Source: Epiperipatus broadwayi (taxonomy: Eukaryota > Animalia > Onychophora). Taken from it: a stretch of 64,000 bases of DNA. Below the pieces are notes generated by a model. That model did not search any database and had not been told where the DNA came from. It saw only the letters and a list, made by a program, of their open reading frames with translations. Both the position numbers and the translations under genes were made by a program. Below, in pieces: positions 11,466-25,629 of the stretch. The DNA lies in contig JAQFVV010000004.1 in assembly GCA_028023455.1 (NCBI GenBank), forward strand, positions 1,488,001-1,552,000, read 5' to 3'. Position 1 is the stretch's first letter. Each line of letters opens with the position of its first letter.

Positions 11466-14400
11466 CAAATAATAATCCATAGACTTATTTTTATTTATTA
11501 AGGTTTGTGTCAAAGAATAATCAATTGTCATTGAATATTATATTTTGTAATATGCATTACTAGGAGACTAGGGCAATTTTATTTTCTTATAAATTTCTCA
11601 ACATACATTCTATGTAGCAATTGTAAAAAAAAAGAAGCCATATTAATCTTTATTTAATTGTTTTGAATGATTCAATCCATGAGAAATAAATATTTTACAA
11701 TTAAAACAAACTTTCCTTGATTTTTTATAATTCATCTTTTTTTTTCCTTAGAAAAATGTCTGTTATAGTTATAAAATCATATGTAAATTAAATTTTGCTT
11801 GACTTTATTAAATACATTATAAAGTAATTTCATTAATAATTTCTGCTGATGTAAATCAAATTAAATGTTGATATCTTTAATATTATTATTTTGCTGAAGG
11901 AAAAATAAATCTGAAGTAAACAGTTTTTTACAAAAAATATTATATAATTTTTTTTTTAATATATTGTAATTGTTTCCTGACAATAAATGTAATGTTAATA
12001 TATTTTTATTTTTCTAATGTAAAATTGCATGAATCTAATTAATAAAGCAGAAATAAATAGAAAATCAGGCATTATTAAGTCTAAAATGCATGTATTAAAG
12101 AAAATTAAATTTAAAATGAAAAGTATTTTTCTAAGTCAGACTTCTTAATGAGAAATATTTTTTTTACATATAAAAAGGTGAGTATATTAAACTTGTAAAG
12201 CATATAAAAAATTTTTTTTGCGTGTGTGTTTACGTATATCTATTGCATAAACATGTATTATGGACAATTTTTTAAGTTAAGATTGGCCATTTAAGAAAAA
12301 GTCTGTACACATGTATGCTCATGTTTACATATATATGTCATATATGCCCAAACCTGTAGAACTTTGATGAAATATTAACAAACTTAATGAGATAGTAAAA
12401 TTGATATTTTAAATCTTTTAAAAGTTGTGCTAATTTTGTCTAATGTAGTTTTTTTTTAAAAAGAAATATAATAATGTTGTGTTTAAAGTTGCTGAAATGG
12501 GCATCTTAATAGTGTATCTGCATACATTTTCAGAGAATTTATAAATAACTAGTTTATACAAATCATTCCATAATCATTTTTTATTATTTTTGATATGATA
12601 CTGTGTTTTTATAAAGTTTAATTATAATGATCTTAACACAACAGGCAACTACGAAATTTAGACTAATAATTATGAGGATTAAATCATGGAACCTATTTAA
12701 ATGATACAGGCAACTATAAAAAAATTTGAACATTTCCATTTTTGAAAATTGCAAAAAAAAGTGATCAAAATTAAGCATTTAAAATATAATGTATTTTTGA
12801 AATTGTGCTTCTTTACATTTGTATCTGTAAAATCTAGTATCTATTTGAAAAGTAAATATATTTTAAATACTTGATAGTCTTTTAAAATATATTCTTGCTT
12901 TATCACGTTTTGCAATCATCGATTGTTACTGAGGTTGTCTGTTTTGTATCAACTTTTGCTCTTATAATTCCATCTTTATGATATTTCTGAATAAAATTGG
13001 TTGTATCTATTTATATGGGATCATAGGATATTATTCTATTAAAACAAATAGAAAATATTTTTTTATTATGGTTTTAATTTTATAGTATTTTCCTGATCCT
13101 TTACATTTTATTAATCTTATATTGCTAAAAGATTTGTTTGTGAATTCTATTTGTTACTTTTTTATGAAAAAAAAAAAATATATTATAAACTATTATCATC
13201 TTTTTTATATAATGTTTCATATTATATAAATTTTTATTTTATTTTATAAATAATTTTTTGTGTCACTCTGTAACTAATTTTATGGCTAATTTGGCATACT
13301 GAAAGATGTATAAAATAATTCAATTATTTGTGAATTTGAATAATTTGTATGATTATTAACATAATCATTCTAAATTGATCAAATTATGATTTACTAAAAG
13401 TCATTTGTATATCGTGATTTTTTGATTTTTTAGCAACAATTGCTATCTTATTTTGAATTGCGAAAATATATAAAGCTTTTTTTTTTTTTAATAAATTATG
13501 TTTAGCAAAATTTTTGTTTCTCTTTTTTGATTAGAAGCATATATGTTTAAAATCTTATGAACAGCTGAATATTTCAATTTAAAATGGTACTGACCAAATG
13601 AAAGTAATACTAACATCCATACACTACTAAATGGATACATACATGTGTAGTAATGCTAATTTGTTAATAATTTTTACAGCATATAATGTGTATATATAAT
13701 TTTACCATCTTTTTAGATATATAACATACATATATAATTTTAGATTTTGATAAGATATTAAGTTAAGAGTCGAAAGTATCTGAAATCCATTAATGTAATG
13801 TCTGAAATCATATTCTTGTATACTATGCATTCGAATTATTTATTTTTTGTAGATTTTTTTTATGATGATAAAATATAATACAGCTGTAATTTATCTAAAT
13901 CATAAATGTGAAGACTAGCGCTATACTTTAAAAGTCAAATACTTATCCACCATTAATTGTTATTTTTAGATTCAAGAAATTTAATTACAATTAAATTGAT
14001 CACAACGAAACAATATGATTGAAATGTAATGTATCCATCCCTTGTTAAAAGGGCACATTATATATCTATAGGTATTGAACTATTATTTAAATTTTGTATT
14101 TAAAGAAAACAAACAATTGCCTATTTAAAAAAATATTAATTTAATTGTTTGAAATAGTATATTTAAACTATAAATTCATTTTTTTTGTGTGTGTAAGATT
14201 TTGTGTTAAGCATGTATATGTTTTTTTAAATAAATAAGGGTAGTTTTGATTTTTAATCATATTTAAACTGAAATATTTACATAAAATAAGTTTATTAAAG
14301 CTATTAGAGATGAATACACAAGCAGTAAGTATATATATACCTCTGGCAATATAAAAAATAAAATAATGGAAATTAATAAATTTGAAAGAATATGAACTAG

Positions 14401-15254
14401 AATTTGAAAATATGTATCAATTTATTATAGAGATGACACTTTTAAATTTTAAGGTCTTCAGTGTTTTATTTTTGTAGACAAAGATGTGTTAGATAAAAAT
14501 TGCAGTTTTGAAACAGCACATGGTGATATCCTTTTGTATTCACAATAATGGTGGGAAGTTAATTTGTGGTGTAAGATTTTTAAGTAAATAAAAATACCAG
14601 TCATTCATCTAGAAATTTTGAAGAGAAAGCAGTTAAACAAAAATATTATTTGTTTATTTATCATAATGATTCCCATGTAGAAAACATGCTTCAAAATTGA
14701 TATAAAGTGGATTTTGATGTTCATGGTACTTGGTACACATGGCAACATCATTACAGAAATTGTGATAATAATATATTTCAGTTTTGGAACATTAAAAACA
14801 TATATAAAGTGCAAGTAAATAAACACTGTGTTATACTAGATACTTATTAGATCATATCAGCACACACTAATATTTGATGCATTTCTTATATGTAGAACAC
14901 GTGTTGACAAAAAATAAATAATGCAGTTTATATATATAAACAAATATAAAGGACAATGATTTTTAAAATTTGAATGATCACTTAATTAAGAATGAATAAA
15001 ATGATTAAACTTGTGTCACAGCTACAAATAACATTTGTGGGTTTCAAAACATGAATGTACACAAATACTTAAATAATGTAATATGCTCTGATGTAGACTT
15101 TGATATATATGCAAATAATAATTGTGTATTTTTAAATTAAGATTTTAGTATCTAACTATTACCTGTTTAGGTAACCAATAGTAAACTGGAAATGGGTTAG
15201 CAATAAATGTATATTAAAAAGATATTGTGTTATACTTAGCTATACACCTGCCTA

Positions 15255-17680
15255 CAGTGGATCAGTAATCTTTTTAATATGAGCCATTTTGTTTAAAATT
15301 ACCTGACCAAAAAATTAAGAACTGCAAAGGGAGAGATGTAAATATGCATTACTGATTATTTGTGTTGTATTTGAATATATATTTTAGTAATGAACATTAT
15401 AATAAAAATTGGAAATTATTTTAAATAAAAAATTGTTTTCACAGTAATGAGATTTTTGAGTTTCTAATACGGCACAAAGTTGATCTAATTTTAAAGAATA
15501 ATTTGAAATTTTAAGTTTTAAACAATTTTTCAAGCCTGCTTAGTTAGTTTGGTTTTTTAATTTGCTTTTTATAAAATTCATATTGGAAAAGATTTGCTCA
15601 CAAAATAAGCTAATCTAAAAACTCAAGAGTCCAAAAGCAATTATTTTGAGTTGTTTAGAAGATACCGAATCATTGTTTTTCAGATCTGTTAGTTGCAATT
15701 CAAAATGAGTTTGGGAGCGATGAAAACTTTATGTCATCAATATTTTCCTTTAGTGGCTGTATTAAAATTAAATTTAAAAAAAATTCTCCAGCTTTAAAAT
15801 TATTAAAACAACCTTTGTAAATAAGCATTTATTTTTATATAGCGTAATGTTTATTCTTTCATAAATACTATATCTTGTGTTGGGAGTGAAGGTATTCATT
15901 TATTATTAACACTCGTAAAAAGTGCGCACAATAGCTTGAAAGGCTGATCTTTAATGTAAAACAATCTTTGAAAAATTCTTCAATTTCTTTTATAGTTGTT
16001 ACAATGAACTTTATTTCAATGTCACCAAATGTTCTTTTTCAGTATTTTTTTTAAGATTTCAAAATAAATTGGATTTTCATTTTCAATATCCTTCACAAGC
16101 AACCATAATTATTTTTTGAAAGATGTACTGATTCCAAAAGCATTTGCTGTATGACCTTTTCTCTATAGCTTTACATGTAAGTGATTTAAATGAAATAGAT
16201 GTCATATAAGTGATAAAATTTCTGAAATCATTATTATTTAACTCTGTATTTTTAAGTTTCTTTTGAAATAAGAATATCTTCAAGACATGAAACAAATTAT
16301 TTCAAAATTGCATCTCTGAATAACCAATAAACTTTATTATGCAAAAGTAGATCAGAGTTTTGTCTGTTTACTTTTTCCAAAAAAGAAACAAAACTGATAA
16401 AATCCTTTCATCATTATTTGGGTTATTATTTCAACTATGAAATCCATGATCTTCACAATTTCTAATGAAAATATTTGATCACATAGCGCCTATTGATGTA
16501 TAATTCAATAAAAGTATTATGCTCCATATGTTCTTTAAAGAGGAAAATGAAAGATATTTATTTCCCATGTTTGGTGCTCTATCTGTTGAACTTGCAACTA
16601 CTTTATTGATATTGATTTCATTCTTAGATAGGAATTTCAAAATTACAGCTTGTGTATCTTCACCTCAAGTTTGTTATTTAAGAAGTAGTAGTGCTAACAA
16701 CTTTGTGAAGACCTGCAGCCATTACATATTGACCCAGGTAATTTGTGCAGTATCCTTTAAACATCATGATAGGATTTTTGTAAATTTTTATTTTTAAAAT
16801 CACTGAAGGGGGTATTTAAAGCACATATTAGTATATTCTTTATTCATAAATGTTTTTTTTTTGCTTAACAATGTTTTAAGAAACAGCGAAGTTCCCATTT
16901 GTTTAACATGGATATTGATTGTTGCATTCTTCATGTAGTACCATAATTGTTTTTTTACTATCTTTGAATATTTTTCCAAGAATGTAGTGTGCTTTGTAAA
17001 AAATGTGTTATACTTTGAATTTCTTATAATTTGATAATTTATTGCAAATCAGACATATTGGAAAAACCACTGATTTTAGTGTGAATGCATAATTCTCTGT
17101 CCACTTTTAAGTTTTTTTGTTTTCATTGTCATTTGTTGTTGTCACTGCCATTTTGCAGTTCAAATAGTTAATTGTTAATTATTTATTTACTTTTACTGCA
17201 TTATGTATTTATTACTAAAGTTTGTAGAATAGACTATATAGTGAAGATTGAGCACTGATCAATACAGAATGCAATTTCAGAATACATGCATGATGCTGTG
17301 ATTGATGATATAGAGACTAAAATTCATAGTGGTGCCAATAGAATACATACCTGCCAAATCTAAGATTTGTTTATATTTTCAAAGAATGTCAAGAATGCAT
17401 AGCAGTTTTTATCCATTTTCTATTAAAAAATAAAATAAAATAATAGTAATGAAATAAAAGTCAAAAGAGTTTTTATTATAAATTAGTTGCTGGATGTCAA
17501 TCTCCAAACTTTCCTTATATTTAAACCCAGTCATTAAACTAAACAATAGACTTATTATATGATAGCAGTTAAATAGGAGCTAACAAGGAAAATATTTACA
17601 AATTACAATTTAAAAATGTGTTTGTGCTTATAATAAAAAAAATGTCGTGTGACTCACAAGCTGCAGGTTGCTGATCTCTG
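15255..17680 (-). mobile_element. Near full-length decayed hAT (Charlie/Buster, GTF2IRD2-like) transposon
   Basis: Ordered minus-strand motifs from ~17150 to 15450: WTENYAF..PICLIC, T*GED, TDRAPNMG, DLLLHNKVYWL, HLNHLHVKL, LFCEQIFSNMNFIKSKL, LENCLKLKISNY..QKSH. Degenerate TIRs CAGTGGATCAGTAA (15255) and CAGAGATCAGCAA (17680). Confidence 0.85.
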
Positions 17681-19621
17681 GTCTAAAATAGAAACCCTGC
17701 TGGTGTTTTATCATTAAACTGTAATCAAGATCAGATTACTTTGCCTATCACATTCTAGTTAAATTTATGGTTATCTGTATTAGCAACATGATGGGATTTA
17801 ACTTCAAGTAAATTCTATTTACAAGTTTTTGTATAGCTATAATTTAAAATATTTCCTTTGGATGAAGATATTTTTTTGGTTTTAATGATATAGGCATCAA
17901 GATTTGATCTGATTTATGATTTTTTTTTCCTAGAGGCAGTTCTAACATTTGACTAATTATATTGGATTAGTCTCCATGTTATTATCAATTATTTTATCAC
18001 TCCTTTTTTTGATTAATTCTGTTGATTTCCATGTCAATGGTTTCTTGTCATCTTTATACATGTTGCATAATATTTTACTGCTTACATGAAATTTATCATC
18101 AAAAGATTAATCTGAGCTGATAAGTTCATAATAATTCAGCTGGTTCTTTATTTATGATACCATTATTGCTGCTTTTACTTCTTGCACTAACCTTTCAATT
18201 ATTTTAAGGATTTAAAGATGGAATAAAAATATACTCAATATTGTTGTCTCAGTAAAAGTTTTAAACTAGGATGATGTGAAGATGAATGCCATGAATAGAA
18301 AAGTTTTTTTTTAAAGATTCAGTGACTGCAATAGGAAAGATAACATGGACAATGACTGATTTGTCTTTCATTGATGTGGTTTGTAGTAACATATATTAAA
18401 CAAATAGCAGTTGTATAGATTGGTAACTTATTAATTTTTTTTAATTTATACACTTCTAATTTTGTTTAGCTCATTCTTTGCATATATTAAATTGCTATAT
18501 CATTCATGATCTTTGACAATTTTTCTATTTGTTGCAGTTCCTTGAATGAAATCATGAAGAATCTTTGACAAATTTTCTATTGTTGCAGTTGTATTTTCTA
18601 AATTATCTAATTTATAATTAACTAATTATCATTGGTATATCATTCAACTTAATTTGAGTATAAAAGACCGATGAGTATTTTTTATTTGAAATCCACTCTT
18701 GGTCTTAAAAATCTAATTTTTTCTATTCTTTTTTGTAAACAGAATGGTTTGATATGTCCAATATATTGTCAGAATATTGTTTCATTTAGCATGTTTTTTT
18801 TTACTACTTATAAACTTGAATTTTTTTAAAAGTAGAAATTGATTACCAGTTGACTCCTCCAAATTTTAAGCTAATATTGTGGGTCATTAATAACTAACTA
18901 TAAATTATAATCTTTCATGACACATATAAAATGATCTTTTAAAATATTGGAAATTTTTTAAAACTGTAGATTAATTACCTTCACTATTTTCCAAATTACA
19001 ATAGATTAAAAAAAATATTTAATTTGCAATATAAGAGAGAAATCAATTTTCATAATGATTACTTGAATTTAATGTTAATTTTAAAAGTTTATAAAAATTG
19101 AGCTTATAGGAATAATTTTATAAGCAACAAGATTGCATATCTGACATAAAAAAATATTTGATTAAGTATTATACATAACAGTTACAAGTTCGATATAATA
19201 ATAATGAAAAGGAAATGCAAACATTAAATCATTAGACAAGACCGATCTAACCAAGTTACGATAGTGTTAGATTAATGTTTAGTATCAGATAACACTGACT
19301 AAGTTTATAACAGCATATATAGCAGAGATTTACAGATCACTGCAGAATTCATACAAGACAAATTTAGTTGTGACAGAAACCTACAGATCACTACATAGGC
19401 AATATTACTTCTGACAATTCTCAGTAGATTGGCTCATAATACTTAAACCTTGATTGCTTTATTATAGTTCCAAACATATAAGTAGCTAAATTATAGAAAT
19501 CTCAAAGATTTGCCACACATGGTTTAGAAATATTATATGCATAACTGTAATAAACTAACAACAAAAGAGACTTATTGTTAACATTTTCATTTTTTCTAAT
19601 AAAATATATTAAAAATGATAG

Positions 19622-19980
19622 AAATACAGGCACTCTTCACATACCTGGAGCCTAATTGTAAATATAGGGGATTTGAACTCAGACTTTTAGGTCAACATGG
19701 GCATGGCAATATTGGCATCAGCATGGAATTTGGACTTTCCATCATCAGATTTTCAATGGCATGGATGGCTAAAGAGTTGGAGGTTGGAGTGGATTGAAGT
19801 CTGTCCATTAAAGTATGAAGATTTGCTATCTTAATGTAAACTGAGCACTGGTTATATATGTGTGTAGGATATGATAATCTGGACCAACTGCTGAGTGCTG
19901 ATTTAGCATGTATATCAGTGGTATGAGATAGTATGGATAGTTGAAGGGTGCTTGAAAGTCTTGGTTCAAATCCCCTATAT
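19622..19980 (+). mobile_element. Family B insertion with a short inverted terminal arm and partial HHR
   Basis: Inverted arm plus tail 19622-19686, sense body to 19980, TSD TTAAAAATGATAG (19609-19621 / 19981-19993). The HHR is decayed (CTGCTGA) and truncated at 19875-19910. Confidence 0.8.
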
Positions 19981-20559
19981 TTAAAAATGATAGCTAAAAA
20001 CCAAAGAAAATTTTAAGTTTAAAAATATTTTATTTATTAGAGCTTTACAAATAGTATGTAAAGAAATACTAATTAACAATATCGGTTAACAGACTTTTTA
20101 AAAATAATATATACAACTTACAGTATTCACATTTGTGTCAAATTGTAAGCACAGAAGAAGAAAAAAATTACGTTTTATTTAAAATATTTTTGAAAAAATC
20201 ACAACTTGTAGATTATCTTTCTTTTTCCCATTAACAAATTACCTAAAAATAAAAATGCAAATATATTCGATCTTTTTGACTAATATAGAAAAAAATATAT
20301 TTTATGAAGCTTAATTATAAAATATGATGTTTATATTTAATTATTGGATTGTATATATATTTACTAGTTGTAACGTGACATTAAATTCAAATTTGTGCTC
20401 TAACATTTAAACTACAATGTAATGTAAAACTTCATATACCAATGACATCTAAAATTACAGAACTATTTTACAGAAATAAAAGATGTATTCTACATAAACA
20501 AAATACATGGTTAATAATGTGAAAGGCTGAAACCTTTGACAGAAGCACTTTAAAAATGC

Positions 20560-21900
20560 TTAAACAACAGCCAATCAGATGGTAATAATGACTGCACAAG
20601 GAACTCTAAATTCAAAACATAAGTCAGAGGTTTTATGAGAAAAAGATGGAACCCATCCTCTCTACTTAAATTTATATATAAATAAGCCAGACTCAAGCAT
20701 TTCGAACTGTGTGAAGCTTTAAACACCTTCACATTTAATTCATTAAATATTATATATAAATAAACAACGTGAAATCTTTCGATTACATGGTTGTATAAGG
20801 ATACTAATTGCAGACTATATATATTAAAACAAACTAGTTCTTGTATTTGCAAGTAAAATTGAATGTAGATTATTTCAATTAAATATTTGTCTATAAATAG
20901 AAGTTAAAAAGTAAAATTTAGCGATTTTTTTAAAGTTGAGCCTTGAAATTAAATTAATTTGAATTTGTTAATTGAGCAAAGCCACTTTTTGAGCAGTATG
21001 TGAAATATCTATAGTTGATGTCGAAATTTAAGAATGAGAATTGGCTATGCCTTGTTTTCCCCTGTGAGTGTAATAAATTAATGCCCATTGTGACTGGATA
21101 CATATATAAAGCTTTGATTATATTTTATTAATTGATAATATAATTTATTTATACAACAGTTTAGGTTTATTAAGTGTACTTAAATCAGCAAATCTAATGT
21201 TGCAAGTATGTAAACTAAATTTGTAAGGTTTGGCACAATTAGGTTTAGTCAGAAGTGGAGCACAACTTAATGGTATGCTGGATGCTTGATAACTGGGGTG
21301 CAATTTCAGTGTTTCAATTATCAGTTTTTTGGTGTTTTGTGCACATATATAGATTACCCATGATGGCATGATAATCCTAATTCCTAGCATGTGTTTTTAT
21401 AGCCTTAAGTATTATTTATGCATGATGGTATGATAGTGCTTGTACAAGACAGCTCCATGTAAAAATGGATTGTAAGTTCATATTATATTATTGGTTTGTT
21501 TATTTCATTGACTCTACTGGTTATATTTGTGTCTTTAATTCATTGCTTCCTATTCTAGAGGAAACAGATAATCAGATTGTTTAATATGATGATTACATTT
21601 TCTTCCTCTTGATAAAGCCTATTCAGTTGTTATGAAATTTTGGAATATCTTTTTCAAATGTTTTTATTCTTGAAGTTGTCAATTGTCTCTATGGAGATCC
21701 CTGAGTTAATGCTTCTGGGTTTAGTTTCTCTGATGGATTCTTGTTTCTTCAGCTCTAAAGTCCTTCCAAAGTTGGTCTTTATGTGTGTGATGAATATTTT
21801 TCTAACTAGTTTGTAGTATTTATCTATAATAATAGCAGAAATGCAGTTAATGTCTGTACTATACACATGGGACAGAACTTTGGTCCCATATTAAGTTTAT
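20560..21900 (-). mobile_element. Decayed Penelope-like reverse transcriptase
   Basis: Ordered motifs at PLE-like spacing: NMGPKFCP (~21880), IKQSD (~21580), LYMCTKHQK (PKIHK-like, ~21340), IKALYMYP (DVxSLYT-like, ~21105), FYLQIQ (~20850), HKTSD/KP (~20630). Many stops and frameshifts. Confidence 0.6.
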
Positions 21901-23168
21901 TTGCTTTCTTTAGATTAGCATATAAGGCAAATAATAAATCTACAAAGAGCATTCATGAGCTTGTTTTTATATATTTGTAAATGGTATAATAGCTTGCTAT
22001 GATGTGCAAACTTTTTTTTATTAATTTTGAATATTCATTTTAAAAACTTATATTGCTGACTTAATATACTGCCATTTCTATATACATTAAGCAGCTGAAT
22101 CAGACATGACTGATTAGATTGTCATATTCCTTGGTTGAAAAAAATCAAAATTAGATTAAAGGTTTTGCTATTTTTTATAATTTTCATTATTTTGCCAAAA
22201 AGAGTAATCTGATTATCTTTGAAATCTTTAATGATTTTATGGCATTGCTGCAATTCATCTTTTACTAATTTCTAGTGAATTCTTTTTAGATATAATGAAG
22301 ATTACTGATTCAGAATCCAATTCCATTATAATTGATATCTATTATGAATTTGGATCTTGAAGACTGAATTTGAACCTTTCAGCCTATGTGATTTTTATTG
22401 AATGACTTGAACCCAGGATTAGACTACTTATTTTGGCTAATAAAGCAAGTGCAGTGGTAGCATTTGCAGCAGAATAACTATGTGTGAGAAGGGATTTTTC
22501 AAATGATTTTTATTGTATCTGTACAAGTTTGCTGAGAATTATAGAAGTTTTGATATGTCTTATGGTATGGGTTTATAGCTTCATTCAGGTTTGTGATATT
22601 AAATGAACTTGTTTATCTCTGAATAGGTTTTCCTTAACTGTATTGATTTATCCTTGGTTAACAATTATCACTGTTATAGTCTAGTATGGTAATACAGTAG
22701 CGACCTAAAGATAAAAATCCTTGATCACATCCAACACTGACTTTTCCATAGTGAAATGTCACATGATTACTTAGTGACAAAGTGACCTTTTTTCTTTTAC
22801 ATTTTTCAAACTTCTCTACTATATGTATTTGATAGAAATGGTCAAATTAATTATACATAATTAATAAAACTATACCAATTATAAGATCTTAAATAAAAGC
22901 TGAATGAGAACTACTGAAGCATCTTTAAAAGGTAAGAAAAATTAGAAAAAGATATCTGTTTTTGCAGTTAATTTATTAACAAGTCCAAATGAATATGACA
23001 TTCTAACTCTAGAAATAAAATTAAAAAAAGATAAAGAGCAAGACATAATAAAAAATTTTAAATGAATTTTTCAATATAAATGAACCACAAATGCGTGCAT
23101 ATATTGATTTTTTTTAGTCTTTAACTTCTTTTGCAGCAAACTACTTTCTTCAGCCACATTTCTTTTAA

Positions 23169-23250
23169 TGTGTCAAAGTGTCAGCCGGGAAGTGAACCCC
23201 AGGACAACTGCTTGTAAGGCAGCTGTGCTAACCACTTGGCCACTGATGCT
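23169..23250 (-). mobile_element. tRNA-derived SINE copy 1
   Basis: A box TGGCCAAGTGGTTAG, anticodon-like arm CTGC-CTTACAA-GCAG, B box GGTTCACTTCCC, 3' end TTTGACACA plus A-rich tail. Confidence 0.75.
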
Positions 23251-24578
23251 TAACTTCAGGGAGTAGGTTCCTTTAAAAAAATCATAATTTGCAATAAAAT
23301 GCCTGGGGGGTGCCATTCAATTTATTCATCTATTTCAGTAAAGAAATGCCCCTACTGCAATTGACTCAATATTATAAAATACAAGCTGAAGAACATATTC
23401 ATTGCCGTTATGATCTTGATGTTTTATTTGTATCTTCATTCTTATGATGATAAAATCCATGTCATGATTTCATACAGTAAATTTTTCTGTATGCAATTTA
23501 ATTGAGGTAGTTATATCATTATGGGGAAATGTCTTATCTTTCAATATGTTAAATGCAAAAGCAGCACATTGGAGACTATATCTGTACATATAAGTTTACC
23601 TTTCTGCCTAAAAAGCTACCAAGATATTAAATATTAATGTAATAAATTAACAAGTTTAATTACTAATCACAAAAATATTGGGAGGGGGGGCTGCATATGA
23701 AGAATAATTTTATCATTTAAATTTATGTAATAAGTTGTTTTTCTCTTCACCAGTAAAAATTGTAATTATAAATATGCGACTTTTCTTGCATACATTAGTG
23801 AAGCTATAATTATACTATAATGTGTAATATGTCTGATTAGTGCTTTGAATGAACATCAGTCTTCTGGGACCAACAAGCAGCTACAGTCCATGTATTTGAA
23901 CCCAGTTCTGCCCAAATAATTTGCACAGAGAAGAGTGATGCCAAAAGAAAAGTCAAAGAAGCTTTTTACGTAGCAAATGATGTCAGTGCCATTAATAAAA
24001 GAGAGGTATGCTTTGCTCTCTCCAAACAATGGACTAATTAATTAAATTCAAACTCATTTGCATATGTGTACAAGAAATCACAACAGTTTTCATTTGTAAA
24101 GCTATGAGTATGAGATTTGAACATTAAATCTCAAAAGCGCTAAGCAGACATATTACACATTATAGTATAATTATAGCTTCACTAACGTATGCGAAAAAAG
24201 TCGCATATTTATAATTATCATTTAAATTTATAAATCATAATATAAATTAAATTTACTTGAAACTGATTATAGAAACCATCTGATTCATGATTGTGTTAAT
24301 TTAGTACATTTTTGTGTTCCTATTCTTTTTTTTTTTATTACTACAATGACATCTAATATGATTTTTTGTGTGATTAAAAATATATTATTCATATTAGCTT
24401 GAAAAAAATACATAAAGCATTTATTAATAAAAATTAAATTTTCAATATAACTGACAACACTATATGATGTGATTAAAACAGGCAAAACTCTCCATACAGT
24501 AGTGCCACTCAGTGCCAACCAGAGTAATCAATGGATGCCAGAAGGCTTGTGCATAAAATCTCAATCTAATGCCTACTC

Positions 24579-24637
24579 ATCCAATATCCCCAGTCTAGTT
24601 TCTGGCTTGTGGCCTTCATCAGTTAGGAGCCTTGGAT
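24579..24637 (-). ncRNA. Family A HHR, inactivated copy
   Basis: Same motif, but the cleavage triplet GTC is changed to GAC and stem I is mutated. Confidence 0.65.
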
Positions 24638-24677
24638 CTGAGAGCACTGCACCTAGATCTTAGTGCAGTGCTCTCAG

Positions 24678-24736
24678 ATCCAAAGCTCCTCACTGATGAA
24701 GGCCATAAGCCAGAAACTAGTCTGGGGATATTGGAT
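24678..24736 (+). ncRNA. Type I hammerhead ribozyme, family A, core intact
   Basis: ATCCAA-AGC-TCCTCA-CTGATGA-AGGC-CATAA-GCCA-GAAA-CTAG-TC|TGGGGA-TA-TTGGAT; predicted cleavage after 24722. Confidence 0.8.
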
Positions 24737-25264
24737 GAGTAGGCATTAGATTGAGATTTTATGCACAAGCCTTCTGGCATCCATTGATTACTCTGGTTGG
24801 CACTGAGTGGCACTACTGTATGGAGAGTTTTGCCTGTTTTAATAACAGTAATGTGCAAACAAAGGAAATAGTGATCATGTGATGTATATGACGTGATGTA
24901 AAATAGCTTCTTAGATTAGTCAGAAGTTTATGTACCTAGGCCATATGACTAGAAATCTTGAAAAAATATATATATTGCAATAAAATTGTTTTTTATACAA
25001 AAGAAAACAAAAAGCAGTCCTGCATAAAATGTATATGAAATAAAAGTAAGTGGTATTTAATTTAAACTTGCTGTAAATTCAAAAATAAATGCAGACTTTT
25101 ATTATGGATTTGCATTTCCCTGTACATTTGATGTATTTTAAATAATTAATACTATTATGATAAATTATTGCACAATATATTATTTTCTTGAATTTTTATT
25201 CATATACTTTTGTATTTATGAATTCAAAAATAAATGTGGCCATTTTTATATATATATTTTTTAA

Positions 25265-25355
25265 GTGTCATAGCATCGGCCGGGATGCGAACCCGCAACC
25301 CGGGCAACTGCCTGCAAGTGCAAGGCAGTCGTGCTGACCTCTCGACCACCAATGC
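25265..25355 (-). mobile_element. tRNA-derived SINE copy 2 (young, CpG-rich)
   Basis: GCATTGGTGGTCGAGAGGTCAGCACGACTGCC...GGGTTCGCATCCCGGCCGATGCTATGACAC plus A tail; homologous to 23169 and 33373. Confidence 0.8.
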
Positions 25356-25629
25356 AAGACTTTTTTTTTTCACTCAATGACAAGTAAAATGTTGATCAAT
25401 AAAACTGATAGATCATACTCTATATTAGTAGCAGACAAAAGTTTTAATAAATAACCACTGGTAACGTGTTTTTGAAATGTAATTATTTATGATGAGTTGT
25501 TTAAATATATTTAAAACATAACAGTATAAAAGATAAATAAGAAAGAATGGATTTAATAGTTATAGAATTAAAAGCTTATTCATTTTACGAACTCATGCTA
25601 CTTACGTTATTTAAAAAAAAAAAAAAATC

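Larger units (their letters stand above)
24474..24884. mobile_element. Family A symmetric palindrome with two opposed HHRs
   Basis: Arms ~24472-24652 / 24663-24843, 10-nt loop, tail to 24884, TSD TATATGA(T/C)GTGAT (24461-24473 / 24885-24897). Confidence 0.92.

Noticed and set aside
14681-14814. Plus-strand candidate exon encoding a hydrophobic peptide (KTCFKIDIKWILMFMVLGTHGNII…)
   Set aside because: Weak acceptor tract, no recognisable family and no linked exons; plausible by chance.
23169-23250. Functional tRNA genes at the three SINE loci
   Set aside because: Acceptor stems are broken, anticodon arms vary, and there is a shared non-tRNA 3' end.
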